Part shown: one piece after another, positions 30,119 to 39,496 of the stretch
Position numbering within the stretch: position 1 is the first letter of the stretch
How the letters are laid out: every line of letters begins with the position of its first letter
From: Parcubacteria group bacterium
Lineage (GTDB): Bacteria > Patescibacteriota > Minisyncoccia > Moranbacterales > UBA2206
DNA: 64,000 nt
NCBI GenBank assembly: GCA_041674205.1
Contig: JBAYWF010000003.1
Location: forward strand, 47,221 to 111,220
Direction: 5' to 3'
Position numbers and translations under genes: made by a program
The notes under the pieces: model-generated
The model's input: the letters and a program-made list of their open reading frames with translations, nothing else
Database searches by the model: none
Told to the model about the DNA's origin: nothing

Positions 30119-31219
30119 TTATTTTTCAACACGCTTTAAAACTTTGACAATCCCCGCATATGCGTCGACTTCTATCAAATCCCCATCATGCAGGACTTGG
30201 GTCGCATTCTTAGTGCCCACGATACAAGGAATATTGAATTCCCGAGATACGATGGCGGCGTGGGAAAGCATGCCACCCTGGTTGGTGACTATGGCAGCTG
30301 CTTTTTTGCAAGCCATCATCAATTCCGGTCCGGTTGTCTCGACAATCAATATTTGTCCGCTTGCCATCGAACCTATGATTTCAATCCTTTCATTCTCATC
30401 CACGTCAAGAATATCGCTTTTGAGAACCTTTGCCGTTCCGCGAACCCTGCCCTTATTCGCGATATGGCCAACGATAGTGTTTTCTCCTGTTTTATCTTCC
30501 ATATTCCGTATGATTTTTTTAGCATCTTCGCCAAATAAAATCCGCATTTTATTATCAAGGAAGATTGCGACATAAGCTGTCCGCCTATCCCCTAATTGCT
30601 TCTGAACGACTTTTTCACCTTTAAAAAGCAGCAGGACCTCTTCAATGGAATAAAGTTGCAGGTCATTGGACGGTACGGTAAATTTTTTTGAAAGCTTGGC
30701 TATAAGCCTATGGAAATAACTGCTTTTTTCAAAAGACATCCTATTGATGAATCCCTTGGCTCTCAATCTGAAATCTCCAAAATCACCGAAGTTTTTTTCA
30801 ATATTGTTTTGCGCCCCATCGGCATAAAAAAATTCAGTTTTGGAATAAAAGAAATAAAACTGGGCTACGAGTTCTAGAAATTTTTTAACATCCTCCTGTT
30901 TTATATTTTGAGTTTCGATTTCCAACGTGTTTTTGAAGAAAATTTCCGATCTTTCCATATATTCCTCGAAGTTTTTTCTAAATCGTCCTATATCCGGTTT
31001 GCTTTTATAAAATCTCCCGCCTTCGCTAAGGGCAAGTCCTAGTTTTTGTTTGGAAATATATCTATCAAGTGTTTCGCCATCGAAAACCGCCAACAGATCC
31101 ATTGATCGGTAAAACTCAGAAAACAGCTCGAGCCCTAAAAAATAAGGCGCGCTGACTTTCCCGCCAAAAAGCCTTTGATAATTATCAAGGTCTATTTTAT
31201 TAATATTTTTTTCAACCAT
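30119..31219 (-). CDS. PEP-utilising enzyme mobile (phosphohistidine swivel) domain protein with uncharacterised N-terminal domain
   Basis: C-terminal about 90 aa ILIVETTGPELMMACKKAAAIVTNQGGMLSHAAIVSREFNIPCIVGTKNATQVLHDGDLIEVDAYAGIV is a PEP-utiliser swivel domain with the phospho-carrier His; N-terminal about 270 aa unassigned; AT-rich. Confidence 0.7.
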   Translation of the reverse strand: MVEKNINKIDLDNYQRLFGGKVSAPYFLGLELFSEFYRSMDLLAVFDGETLDRYISKQKLGLALSEGGRFYKSKPDIGRFRKNFEEYMERSEIFFKNTLEIETQNIKQEDVKKFLELVAQFYFFYSKTEFFYADGAQNNIEKNFGDFGDFRLRAKGFINRMSFEKSSYFHRLIAKLSKKFTVPSNDLQLYSIEEVLLLFKGEKVVQKQLGDRRTAYVAIFLDNKMRILFGEDAKKIIRNMEDKTGENTIVGHIANKGRVRGTAKVLKSDILDVDENERIEIIGSMASGQILIVETTGPELMMACKKAAAIVTNQGGMLSHAAIVSREFNIPCIVGTKNATQVLHDGDLIEVDAYAGIVKVLKRVEK

Positions 31220-31257
31220 ATATGAATATCATTAAAAAAAATAATCGTTTTTGTATT

Positions 31258-31695
31258 TTAGTTGTTAGCATTTGCCAGATAATCGCCTATGATTATTTTA
31301 TGATCAAACGCAAGTTCGTCCGGCAAGCCATCCAGCGGAAACCATTCGTATCCAAGGGCGTCATCACCGGCTTTTGGACTGCCTGAAATTGTCACAGCAT
31401 ATGCCATATCTATGACTTGTTTGGGATGCCTATTCGGTTTGCCGTAAACCCCGATAAGCTTGATCGACTCGACTGCGACGCCTAATTCCTCTTTGACTTC
31501 CCTTATGACGGATTCCTCCGTCGATTCATCCCATTCCACATATCCGCCAGGCAAAGCCCAAAAACCTTTGAACGGATTCGCGCCTCTCTTGATAAATAAA
31601 ATCCTATCATCTTTTATGATGACCGCGTCAATCGAAACGCCTCGATTGTTGAAGCGACCGCATTCAGGACATTGTTCATCGTTTGATAATTCCAT
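31258..31695 (-). CDS. Nudix hydrolase with N-terminal CxxC zinc ribbon
   Basis: CPECGRF ... GFWALPGGYVEWDESTEESVIREVKEELGV Nudix box. Confidence 0.85.
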   Translation of the reverse strand: MELSNDEQCPECGRFNNRGVSIDAVIIKDDRILFIKRGANPFKGFWALPGGYVEWDESTEESVIREVKEELGVAVESIKLIGVYGKPNRHPKQVIDMAYAVTISGSPKAGDDALGYEWFPLDGLPDELAFDHKIIIGDYLANANN

Positions 31696-31726
31696 TTTGT
31701 TTAAATAAAAATTATAGATTCGCAGA

Positions 31727-31987
31727 TCACAGAAACCAGTAATTGATGATGCCGAACGTGGTTATAATGGTAAAAATAATCGTCGTAATCAAAATCCCGA
31801 TTTGCCCGGCTTGTTTCCAGGCCTTCCATGATGAATATAGCCAAAACGGCTGGGCAAGCAAATTCATTATTAATCCATATTCCGGAAATTTTAACGAAGT
31901 CGCTATTTGCGCGCCGATAGTCAATCCGGGAAGGGCGAATTGGGCGACCTTATTGAATAATTTTCCTTTTGTTGCCGCTTCGTTCAT
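31727..31987 (-). CDS. small hypothetical membrane protein
   Basis: two TM helices; start moved to MNEAATKG (31987) because an attC-like L'/R' motif occupies the upstream part of the longer ORF. Confidence 0.4.
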   Translation of the reverse strand: MNEAATKGKLFNKVAQFALPGLTIGAQIATSLKFPEYGLIMNLLAQPFWLYSSWKAWKQAGQIGILITTIIFTIITTFGIINYWFL

Positions 31988-32157
31988 AAAATTTTTTAAA
32001 AATATTTTGTCTGACGCATCTGCATATCTGAAGTTTAATCCCGACTTTATCACCCAAATCTTAACATGATTAGGGACGCTTGTTAATAGACTGATTTGGA
32101 ATATTCACCAGGCTACGGGATTAAATTCAGGTGGAGCCATTAAGAATTTTAGCTTTT

Positions 32158-32570
32158 TTATATTTCGTTTTCTATGTTTCTAAAATAATTTTTTGCCTCC
32201 AACAATGATAAATTTTCTACCATATTTGATTTATTGACCCATTTAGCTTTAACGATGTCTTTAGCCGTAGGATGGATATGTTCTTGCTCGGATTTGAAAA
32301 GAAACATATAAGTATCGATAATGACCGGATTATCGTTAGCTGCTCGTCTCTTGTAGTTGGGCAATGTTTTTATCAAGGTCAGCTTTTTAATTCCTGCTTC
32401 TTCATAAATTTCCCGTTTCGCCGCATCAATGATATCTTCACCTTTTTCAATGCCTCCTTTTGGAAATCCCAAGCATCAACATCTTTCATTAAAACTAAAA
32501 CGACTTGATTTTTATTATTTACAACTATTCCTCCAGCACTATCAATTATTTTATAGTCGGTTTCATTCAT
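32158..32570 (-). pseudogene. Nudix hydrolase interrupted by a -1 frameshift in a G-run
   Basis: ORFs 32379-32570 and 32158-32472 together encode ...VLVLMKDVDAW | GFPKGGIEKGEDIIDAAKREIYEEAGIK; restoring one G in the GGG run at about 32468-32470 gives a contiguous Nudix box. Confidence 0.7.
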
Positions 32571-32707
32571 AGAGATTGATAAAAATTTGGGTGAAAGAAA
32601 TTTATCCTCTTGATTATTATTTCCCGAAAGCGAAAAAAAGTTTAGATCAAGATGGATTCCTATAACCGCGTATACAGGTGTTATGCGCTGTCGTAATTTT
32701 TTTCGTG

Positions 32708-33157
32708 TTAAAGCAGCCCCTCATTGATTAACTGGAATGATGATTTGCCGGTATGCTTTTTCGTAATCACCTCGCCTGGGTTTTTCAAAATGTCTTTTAT
32801 ACGATCGACTTGTTTTGGTGAAGTATTGCGTGGGATGTCCTTAAAGGCAAAATATTTTATTTTATCAGCCTCTGGATTCAGAACGATTTCTCCGCCGATG
32901 ACTTTGCAGATGTATTGGAACACAATCTCATCCTTATCTGGCTTGCTGTATACGCCTGTTAGCCGCTCAACAACCGTGTTGAATCCAGTCTCTTCTTTTA
33001 CCTCTCGAACGACGCATTCCCAAGGTGTCTCACCATGTTCAAGGGTGCCTCCGGGGAGATTCCACAAATCGCAATCAGTCCTATGGCAAAATAAAATACG
33101 GTTTTCATCGTCGAATATAGCCGCGAATACGCCAATTGTGAAAGTCGGTTTGGACAT
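32708..33157 (-). CDS. Nudix hydrolase
   Basis: WNLPGGTLEHGETPWECVVREVKEETGF Nudix box. Confidence 0.85.
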   Translation of the reverse strand: MSKPTFTIGVFAAIFDDENRILFCHRTDCDLWNLPGGTLEHGETPWECVVREVKEETGFNTVVERLTGVYSKPDKDEIVFQYICKVIGGEIVLNPEADKIKYFAFKDIPRNTSPKQVDRIKDILKNPGEVITKKHTGKSSFQLINEGLL

Positions 33158-33190
33158 TGTTTATTAGATAAAAAATTACGATCACATACA

Positions 33191-33340
33191 ACGTATGCGC
33201 ATCATCCGAAGTTGCACCATGGATTATTGATTAAATTTGTTAATATCGCTTTACTTGATTATATCACTAAACTTGCCATTTCGTCAGCGCAATTTGAGAG
33301 AAGAAATTTTGCACTCCTTGAAATATAATTACGCAAAATT
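33191..33340 (-). repeat. conserved about 150-bp intergenic module (copy 1), shared with 39503-39651; carries a promoter-like TGACGA-18-TATAAT on the minus strand
   Basis: about 85-90% identity to the 39503-39651 copy over GAAGTTGC.C..TGGATTA.TTGATTA.TTTGTTAATATCGCTTTACTTGATTATATCACTAAACTTGCC.TTTCGTCAGCGCAATTTG. Confidence 0.8.
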
Positions 33341-33403
33341 CCTGACTCGTCGTAACTATCATTAAATCGAAATCTGGACGTAGCCTAATAAGCTGTTTTG
33401 TAA

Positions 33404-34024
33404 CTATTTATTTTTGGCGATTAAAAAAATAATTCCCGTGTTTACATATTCTTGTATGGGATTTTCTTCAAGGACAAAATCCAGTATCTCAAATTTATGC
33501 TCAGAAAGCATGTCTTTTATTTCTTTTTCGCAGTAGTAAGAATAGAATTTTTTTGCGTTATCATATCTGTCGTCCGTGATTACTTTTTCGCCACTGCCTT
33601 TTTTTAAATTTATATATAATACGCCACTGGCTTTAAGCACCCTTTTCATTTCCTTCAGTGCTTTTAAGGCATCAACTTTATTCAGATGCAATAATGTGGC
33701 GCTGCACCAGACGCCATCGAACGATTTGTTCTTAAAATTTAAATCTAACATATTCATCACATGGAACTTGGCATCTGGGACGGATGATCGGGCTTTATCG
33801 ATCATTTTTTGAGAAAGGTCGATTCCAGTCGTAACGTATTTGTTAGAAGCAAAAAAATCCGTATCGCGACCAAAGGCGCAACCGATATCCAAAACGCTTC
33901 CATTTTTAGGCAGATACGAAATGAATTTGTCGAGCCAATCTTTGTTTTGCAAGTTCGTCGTGTTTTTAATGTATTCGTCGACATTTTGATCGTAGAAATT
34001 AATAGTATTTTTAATATAATCCAT
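33404..34024 (-). CDS. class I SAM-dependent methyltransferase
   Basis: motif I VLDIGCAFGRD and methyltransferase type-11 spacing. Confidence 0.85.
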   Translation of the reverse strand: MDYIKNTINFYDQNVDEYIKNTTNLQNKDWLDKFISYLPKNGSVLDIGCAFGRDTDFFASNKYVTTGIDLSQKMIDKARSSVPDAKFHVMNMLDLNFKNKSFDGVWCSATLLHLNKVDALKALKEMKRVLKASGVLYINLKKGSGEKVITDDRYDNAKKFYSYYCEKEIKDMLSEHKFEILDFVLEENPIQEYVNTGIIFLIAKNK

Positions 34025-34393
34025 AGATAATTACAAAAAGTTTATTGAGCGGAACCAGATATGCGGCGTTATGCGATGTGGCAAAAGCCGACTCCGATAA
34101 GAAAAAATTGGAAGATTGATTAAAAGTCGGGCTCTCTCTTCAAGTTTTTGCTACTTCTTTATTATATATCAACAGAAGAAAAGGGCAAAAATTCGGGTAA
34201 AAAATGAAATTCAAGTCCAGAAAATACAAGAGGGAATTTCATTTTTTCCTCATATTCGGTGTTGTGCGATGTAAATTTTTTATCTCAATATTTATTGAAC
34301 TAAACTCTGTTTTATTACTAAGAAAATTTGATTTTTGTTTTGGATTTTGGGCAGATGGGTCAGGGGTGAATGCCCAAAATTCAAAACTCCTTA

Positions 34394-35026
34394 TTAAGTT
34401 TTGTTCATCAATCTCAATATTTCCTTTGGGTTATTTGCCACCCTTGTATTACCAACCATACTTTTATCAAGTCCCCAGCCATAATCTACTAATATAATAT
34501 TATCATCATTTATACCAGCTTTTTTTGAAACTTCGTAATCAATAGCTCTATCGCCTATGGATACGATTTCATCTGATGAATAGTTATTCTCTTGTATCAA
34601 ACCTATCATCATATCGCTCTTGCGGGTTTTTTGGTCTGCTCCGCAATAAATTTTTTCGAATAAAATTGTTAGGCCAAATTTTTCTATTTTAGGCAGAATT
34701 TCATTACTATGGGAAGCAGACACCAGATATAATTTATATTTTGTAGCAAGCTCCTTTATCACATTTTCTATATCCTCAAAAACACCATGCTCCATTTTGA
34801 CAATTTCTCTTAAATAAATAGAATTGGCTTCTTCAAAATCTTTCTCTTGGATGCCTAAATTTTTCAAACACTCTTTGTAATTATAGCCATAAACAACCCT
34901 AAATTCTTCCAATGTTTTTGGGCAAGAAACTTTGAAGCGCCTACAAATCATTTTATAAACTTCAAAGACGCTCACAAAAGAGTCTATTATCACACCGTCA
35001 TAATCAAATATAATCGCTTTTATCAT
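34394..35026 (-). CDS. HAD-IA family hydrolase (phosphatase)
   Basis: MIKAIIFDYDGVIIDS motif I DxD, motif II S/T, C-terminal GDRAIDYEVSKKAGI motif IV. Confidence 0.85.
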   Translation of the reverse strand: MIKAIIFDYDGVIIDSFVSVFEVYKMICRRFKVSCPKTLEEFRVVYGYNYKECLKNLGIQEKDFEEANSIYLREIVKMEHGVFEDIENVIKELATKYKLYLVSASHSNEILPKIEKFGLTILFEKIYCGADQKTRKSDMMIGLIQENNYSSDEIVSIGDRAIDYEVSKKAGINDDNIILVDYGWGLDKSMVGNTRVANNPKEILRLMNKT

Positions 35027-35167
35027 AAAAAATACAAATTAAATAGTTTACGTAGCCTCAGCGGAGAAAACACCTTTTCCCCCTCTATAAATAAATTAAA
35101 AATCAAATTTTCTGTCCTTAATTAAATCACAAATCTAAAAATTACCACCAAGATAAAAAAATTATTT

Positions 35168-35244
35168 CGCCGAACGTTTCGCAATATCCGACGTTCGCCT
35201 TAGCGAATGTGGCTTTAGCCCTTGCGGATATTGAGTGTTAGCTG
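35168..35244 (-). repeat. attC-like palindromic site (R'' CAGCTAAC - AC - L'' TCAATATCCGC ... L' GCGAATATCCGAC-like ... R' GTTCGGCG)
   Basis: 9-bp L''/L' complementarity CAATATCCG/CGGATATTG, inner palindrome CGAACGT/ACGTTCG; lies between the IMPase-3 and HAD cassettes. Confidence 0.55.
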
Positions 35245-35329
35245 ATGTATTAAAAATTCTTTTCGCTTTTGTCGTTAGACAAAAGATTTAATTGGGGCAA
35301 ATTTATTTTTTTAATCCTTCCGCTGTGTT

Positions 35330-36157
35330 TTATTTCTTTACAATTCCCAACAACTGCTTAACAATTTTAGCGTTACCTGCAACATAATCTCCTTCATAAA
35401 CATCGCATTCTTTTCCGTCTAAATTAGTCATTATCGCACCGGCTTCAGCGGCAATAAGGCTGCCGGCTGCAACATCCCATGGTTTTTGTTTCAATCTGAT
35501 TAAACCGTCAATTCGACCGCATGCCAAATAACAAAACTCGGCAGCCATTCCACCTTTTCCAAATGTTTCATCAACAATGTGGGTGCTGTCGTAAAATCCA
35601 AAATATTTAACATTGGGAATTGAATTCATTATTCTTTTATCAAGTCCACCAATTTCATCATCTTCACTTCCAGGATAAGTTGAGTAAGTTATAATTGCTT
35701 TTGATAAATCATAGGCTTTGCTTGTGTGTATAGGTTCATTGTTTAAGGTTGCGCCCTTTCCTTTCTCAGCAACAAACATTTCATCTGTTTTTGGTAAATA
35801 GATGACTCCCAAAATAATTTCGCCTTTATATTCTAGCCCAATGGACACCGAAAAAGTATTTCGCTTAGCAATGTAGTTATTTGTACCATCAATTGGATCA
35901 ATAATCCATTTATATTCTGAAATTAACACACTTTTACCTAGTTCTTCACCTAAAAAAGCATGCTTGGGAAAAGATACTTTAATTATTTCAACAATTTTTT
36001 GTTCTGATGCTCTGTCTATTTTTGTTGTCGGATTAGCATGTACGTCATATTGAATTTCGTCAGATTTTACATTGTCAATATTTTCCATCAAAAATCTTCC
36101 AGCTTCTTTGGCTGCTTTTATTGCGGTTTGTCTGAGATTGTTTTCGTTGTTTGTCAT
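35330..36157 (-). CDS. inositol monophosphatase family protein (third, divergent paralog)
   Basis: WIIDPIDGTNNYIAKRNTFSVSIGL metal-binding motif; 275 aa. Confidence 0.85.
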   Translation of the reverse strand: MTNNENNLRQTAIKAAKEAGRFLMENIDNVKSDEIQYDVHANPTTKIDRASEQKIVEIIKVSFPKHAFLGEELGKSVLISEYKWIIDPIDGTNNYIAKRNTFSVSIGLEYKGEIILGVIYLPKTDEMFVAEKGKGATLNNEPIHTSKAYDLSKAIITYSTYPGSEDDEIGGLDKRIMNSIPNVKYFGFYDSTHIVDETFGKGGMAAEFCYLACGRIDGLIRLKQKPWDVAAGSLIAAEAGAIMTNLDGKECDVYEGDYVAGNAKIVKQLLGIVKK

Positions 36158-36228
36158 GGCCTTGGATTAAAAAAATAAATTTGCCTAGATTGAATGCCCG
36201 CTAAGGCCGAAAATAATTTTTTAATATT

Positions 36229-36357
36229 TCAGCTAACGTATCCAAATATCTGAAGTTTGCTGGAGTGTAACGAAAGCAAATTTGGGAGAGAAAATTTTTC
36301 TTACCTTTGAAATTTAAAAGTGAAAAATTTTTGAACCAGATATTTGGTGTTGTCTGA
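36229..36357 (-). repeat. attC-like site (R'' CAGACAAC - AC - L'' CCAAATATCTG - 78-nt centre - L' CAGATATTTGG - ATAC - R' GTTAGCTG)
   Basis: perfect 11-bp L''/L' inverted repeat about 85 nt apart; R boxes fit RYYYAAC/GTTRRRY loosely; stop codon of upstream Nudix 12 nt before R''. Confidence 0.65.
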
Positions 36358-36386
36358 TGTTTTGTCTGCCGTCGTTTTTAAAATCA

Positions 36387-36833
36387 CTAAGCCGCCCAGC
36401 CGAACTCGCCATAATGCACATTCTTGTTAATATTCTCTAGGGCAAGTTTTACTTCTGGTAAAATGTTGTTCGGAAGACCGTCCATATTATACCATTTAAG
36501 CTCGTCACATTTATCAAGTTCCATATTGGTAATATTACCAGCCCATTTTTCAGTACGAAGATAAATATCAAAATATTCGCGATCAGATGCTAATCGATGC
36601 ATAACATGAACCACCTCGAGGTCTTCCGGACTTACCTTAATCCCAGCTTCTTCACTGGCTTCTCGGATAATGCATTGTTTCGTTGTTTCACCACCATCAA
36701 GATGTCCTGCCACCAAGCTATAATTGCCGTCTTGATAGCCAGTGTTGAAGCGTCTGAGAAGTAAAACTTGCCCGTCCTTAATCAGCACAAGGTAGGCGGC
36801 GACGTATGGTTTAAATCTTTCTTTATCAGACAT
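36387..36833 (-). CDS. Nudix hydrolase
   Basis: GNYSLVAGHLDGGETTKQCIIREASEEAGIK Nudix box. Confidence 0.85.
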   Translation of the reverse strand: MSDKERFKPYVAAYLVLIKDGQVLLLRRFNTGYQDGNYSLVAGHLDGGETTKQCIIREASEEAGIKVSPEDLEVVHVMHRLASDREYFDIYLRTEKWAGNITNMELDKCDELKWYNMDGLPNNILPEVKLALENINKNVHYGEFGWAA

Positions 36834-36869
36834 AGTAATGTTGGATTATTAATTAGGCTGACAAAATTT

Positions 36870-37094
36870 CAGATAACGATTAAGAATATCTGAAGTCCTG
36901 CGCTTTTGCTTCTATGCACAAAATCTTAAATATTCCTGACATTTTGTTAATTTTATTATACCCCAAATTACAGCAAAACTGAAAAGCGCGGGATCTGCCT
37001 GCCTGCCTGCCGGTAGGCAGGGGAGAGAAAAATCTATCCCCCTTTTAGTTTTAATTGTGGTAAATTTTTAGAACCTCATATTTGGTGTTCTGCG
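36870..37094 (-). repeat. attC-like site (degenerate; R'' CGCAGAAC ... R' GTTATCTG) with internal GC hairpin CCTGCC/GGCAGG
   Basis: same ACATC-R''-AC-L'' ... L'-spacer-R'-AAA layout as neighbouring sites but weaker L pairing. Confidence 0.45.
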
Positions 37095-37102
37095 ATGTTT
37101 AA

Positions 37103-37624
37103 TTAAGCGGCTTTTAACAACCGCAACATTTTTGTAGGCCATTCAGTATTGCCCCGTTCTATTTCTTCGTGGAAAAATTTTATCATGAGCTGTTTTGGCT
37201 CGTCGGAAAAATCACAATGCTCAATTTCAGGCCAAACTTCTTTATACCACAATCCAATATTGTCATGGCGTAAATTGCACGCACCGCCGTTTGGATCGCG
37301 TTCAATAAACAAAATCCGATTTATATGGTTAGTGACTGAAGCACCAAGACACTGGATGCAAGGCTCAAGCGTACTGTAAAGAGAAATAGCCTTACCATGC
37401 TTCCAAGCTTCACTCAAAAGCTGACTATTTTTTATTATCAAACTATTTTCAGCATGATTGACGAAGGATTTTTGTTTATTGATTTCGTTGCCAGCAGTGT
37501 CAACGATTTTTTCATCAATAGCCAAAACAGCACCCACGGGATAATTGCCAGCCTTGTAAGTTTCACGGGCAATACTGATGGCCGCCTCAAAACATTGTTT
37601 ATCAAATAGACTTAATTCTTTCAT
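37103..37624 (-). CDS. CMP/dCMP-type zinc deaminase family protein
   Basis: HAENSLI (HxE) and TLEPCIQC (PCxxC) zinc-binding motifs of the cytidine/deoxycytidylate deaminase fold. Confidence 0.75.
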   Translation of the reverse strand: MKELSLFDKQCFEAAISIARETYKAGNYPVGAVLAIDEKIVDTAGNEINKQKSFVNHAENSLIIKNSQLLSEAWKHGKAISLYSTLEPCIQCLGASVTNHINRILFIERDPNGGACNLRHDNIGLWYKEVWPEIEHCDFSDEPKQLMIKFFHEEIERGNTEWPTKMLRLLKAA

Positions 37625-37691
37625 GAGATGTAGCTTAATTCAATTTCACTTAACGTTTAGGAATATCAGAAGTTTTTGGCTCTCTTTATTA

Positions 37692-38297
37692 TTATTTGGG
37701 ACACTTTTCGTAGAATACCTTAAAACTTTTTTCTTCGCCATATTTCGTACTCATGCCATTGAGCAATTTTTGAAGGTCTATATCGAAAAATTTTCTATGC
37801 GAATAAGCAGGGTCGCCAAGCGTAACAACAACATTTTTATTTTTTACAGTGACAGAATCTACCACGCAGCTATGGCCATAATTGACCCCGCTTCCAGGTT
37901 TAGCGTAAGCAGCCATGTTAAACGAAACAATAATGTCATTACCAGCTTTTAAGTTTTCGCATAGAAAATTTTTTATGTCGCCTATCTTCGAAGGGTAATG
38001 ACGCTCAACAGCCAGAGATATTTTATGCTTCTTCAAAAATTGCGGTATTTTATAGACCCACGTGCCATAGCCAAGTCTGTCTTGCGGCAGTTTTCCCGCA
38101 ACTTTCATTTTTATATTGAACAATCGTTGATCTTCTGGGGCAATAACAACGCCCAAATCTTTGGCCATTTCATCCTGCGAAATCAAATTCAACCCGCGGC
38201 GCAACATTACCCATTGAATACAGCAAGGCAAGCAACAATATTTTTGCTGGGTAAGCGGGATATAACTTGGCATTATGCGGACTTTATTTGTTGTCAT
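37692..38297 (-). CDS. putative papain-fold cysteine peptidase (C39-like)
   Basis: candidate catalytic Cys in LTQQKYCCLPCCIQWV (Gln upstream as oxyanion residue) and His in NYGHSCVVDSV, resembling the C39 HFVVL motif; weak. Confidence 0.35.
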   Translation of the reverse strand: MTTNKVRIMPSYIPLTQQKYCCLPCCIQWVMLRRGLNLISQDEMAKDLGVVIAPEDQRLFNIKMKVAGKLPQDRLGYGTWVYKIPQFLKKHKISLAVERHYPSKIGDIKNFLCENLKAGNDIIVSFNMAAYAKPGSGVNYGHSCVVDSVTVKNKNVVVTLGDPAYSHRKFFDIDLQKLLNGMSTKYGEEKSFKVFYEKCPK

Positions 38298-38394
38298 AAA
38301 ATTCCCTGGATAATAATTTCAAAATCTGAAGCGTGCAGCATTTTAATGGGACGTAGTGGGATCAGATTACCATATCCTGCGATACAAGCCTATT

Positions 38395-38799
38395 TTAACT
38401 CTCAACTTCTCGCAGGAACTCTTTTAGAGGTTCTACTATGTCGGTCAAATCGACATATTCAATGATTTTATCAGCGACCCCCTTGGCAGTGTCCCGAAGC
38501 TGGACCCCTTTATTGATTATTATGATGATCTTTTTGCCGGCACCAAAGGCGATTCCCGCCTCAAGAGCCCGTCCGGTAGATGAGGTTGATAGGTCGATCA
38601 ATAAAGCATCGCACTCAAGGACTTCTTCCTTGGCGCGATCCATCAATTCCCGTGGATCATAAAACATCTTTTGATAATTTTCAACGTCACGGATAAAACA
38701 AAAGTCATCGAACCCGGCTTCTTTTACCAAGTTGCACAAGTTTTCTATTTCGGATTTATTTTCACCCTCTTTGAAGGGGGCGGTGATAAAAATTTTCAT
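38395..38799 (-). CDS. nucleoside 2-deoxyribosyltransferase-like (PF05014/DUF4406-type Rossmann) protein
   Basis: N-terminal KIFITAPF (cf. KIYLAGPF) and C-terminal DALLIDLSTSSTGRALEAGIAFGAGKKII with the conserved Glu. Confidence 0.6.
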   Translation of the reverse strand: MKIFITAPFKEGENKSEIENLCNLVKEAGFDDFCFIRDVENYQKMFYDPRELMDRAKEEVLECDALLIDLSTSSTGRALEAGIAFGAGKKIIIIINKGVQLRDTAKGVADKIIEYVDLTDIVEPLKEFLREVES

Positions 38800-38827
38800 A
38801 GCGAGAGAGTTAAAAATAGACTTATTT

Positions 38828-38916
38828 CACATAACGTTTCTCGATATCCGACGTTTCAATGAAGTGAAACGAATTGAAATGTGGCTTTAGTCCTCGCGGA
38901 TATTGAGTGTTAGATG
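38828..38916 (-). repeat. attC-like site (R'' CATCTAAC with embedded TAA stop - AC - L'' TCAATATCCGCG ... inner hairpin CGTTTCA/TGAAACG ... L' CGGATATCGA - GAAAC - R' GTTATGTG)
   Basis: R'' is a perfect RYYYAAC; L''/L' 9-bp complementarity; stop codon of Nudix 38910-39488 lies inside R''. Confidence 0.65.
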
Positions 38917-39461
38917 ATGTTTTTGTGTGACACTATTCCACTTAGATATAATAACAATGGCATCAGAGAAGTGCCATCACTAATCTCATTATTAGCGATC
39001 AGTTCTTTTACTTCACTTAATGAAAGCCAATGGATTTCCTTGACTTCGTCTGTGTCGATTTCGGCCTGCTCGCCAGTTTCAACATTACCTAAAATTATGT
39101 GAACATTTTGATTCGACATTCCGTTCGAAGGATTGTAAGAGTAAAGAAGTTTTAATGCCCTCGCTTTAAAACCAACTTCCTCCATTACTTCTCGTTCAGC
39201 GGCTAATAAAATATCTTCACCATTTTCAACGCCACCAGCAGGCAATTCCCATTCAATCTTTTGCGTGGTATAGCGCAAAGACTTGATAAAACAAATTTCG
39301 CTTTTGGCGTTTAGCAATAATACGGCTATTGACTCCTTCGGGTAATCAAGTTGATGATATTTTTCTATAATTTTTCCAGAAGGCATTAAAACTTTGTCGA
39401 TATATAGATTTATCCATTGGCTTTCATAGATTGGTTTTCGATCTAATCGTTTTGGTAGCAT
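38910..39461 (-). CDS. Nudix hydrolase (ADP-ribose pyrophosphatase-like)
   Basis: WELPAGGVENGEDILLAAEREVMEEVGFK Nudix box; start set to ATG MLPKRL (39461); longer ORF begins with GTG at 39488. Confidence 0.85.
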   Translation of the reverse strand: MLPKRLDRKPIYESQWINLYIDKVLMPSGKIIEKYHQLDYPKESIAVLLLNAKSEICFIKSLRYTTQKIEWELPAGGVENGEDILLAAEREVMEEVGFKARALKLLYSYNPSNGMSNQNVHIILGNVETGEQAEIDTDEVKEIHWLSLSEVKELIANNEISDGTSLMPLLLYLSGIVSHKNII

Positions 39462-39496
39462 ATATTTATAATTTAGAGAGTGTCGCACAAAAATTT

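Noticed and set aside
34204-34497. Plus-strand 97-aa ORF in the 369-bp intergenic region between the methyltransferase and HAD cassettes
   Set aside because: It overlaps attC-like B motifs at 34044 and 34252 and the HAD 3' end. It is more likely an ORF-less or decayed cassette remnant than a gene.
36226-36262. Motif A, TTTCA-N3-AACG-N8-ATATCTGAAG, interpreted simply as a sigma-70 promoter upstream of each island gene
   Set aside because: The spacing between candidate -35 and -10 hexamers is wrong, at 12 nt. The distal partner motif covaries with it. A structural attC-like element fits better, although a promoter role for the A side is not excluded.
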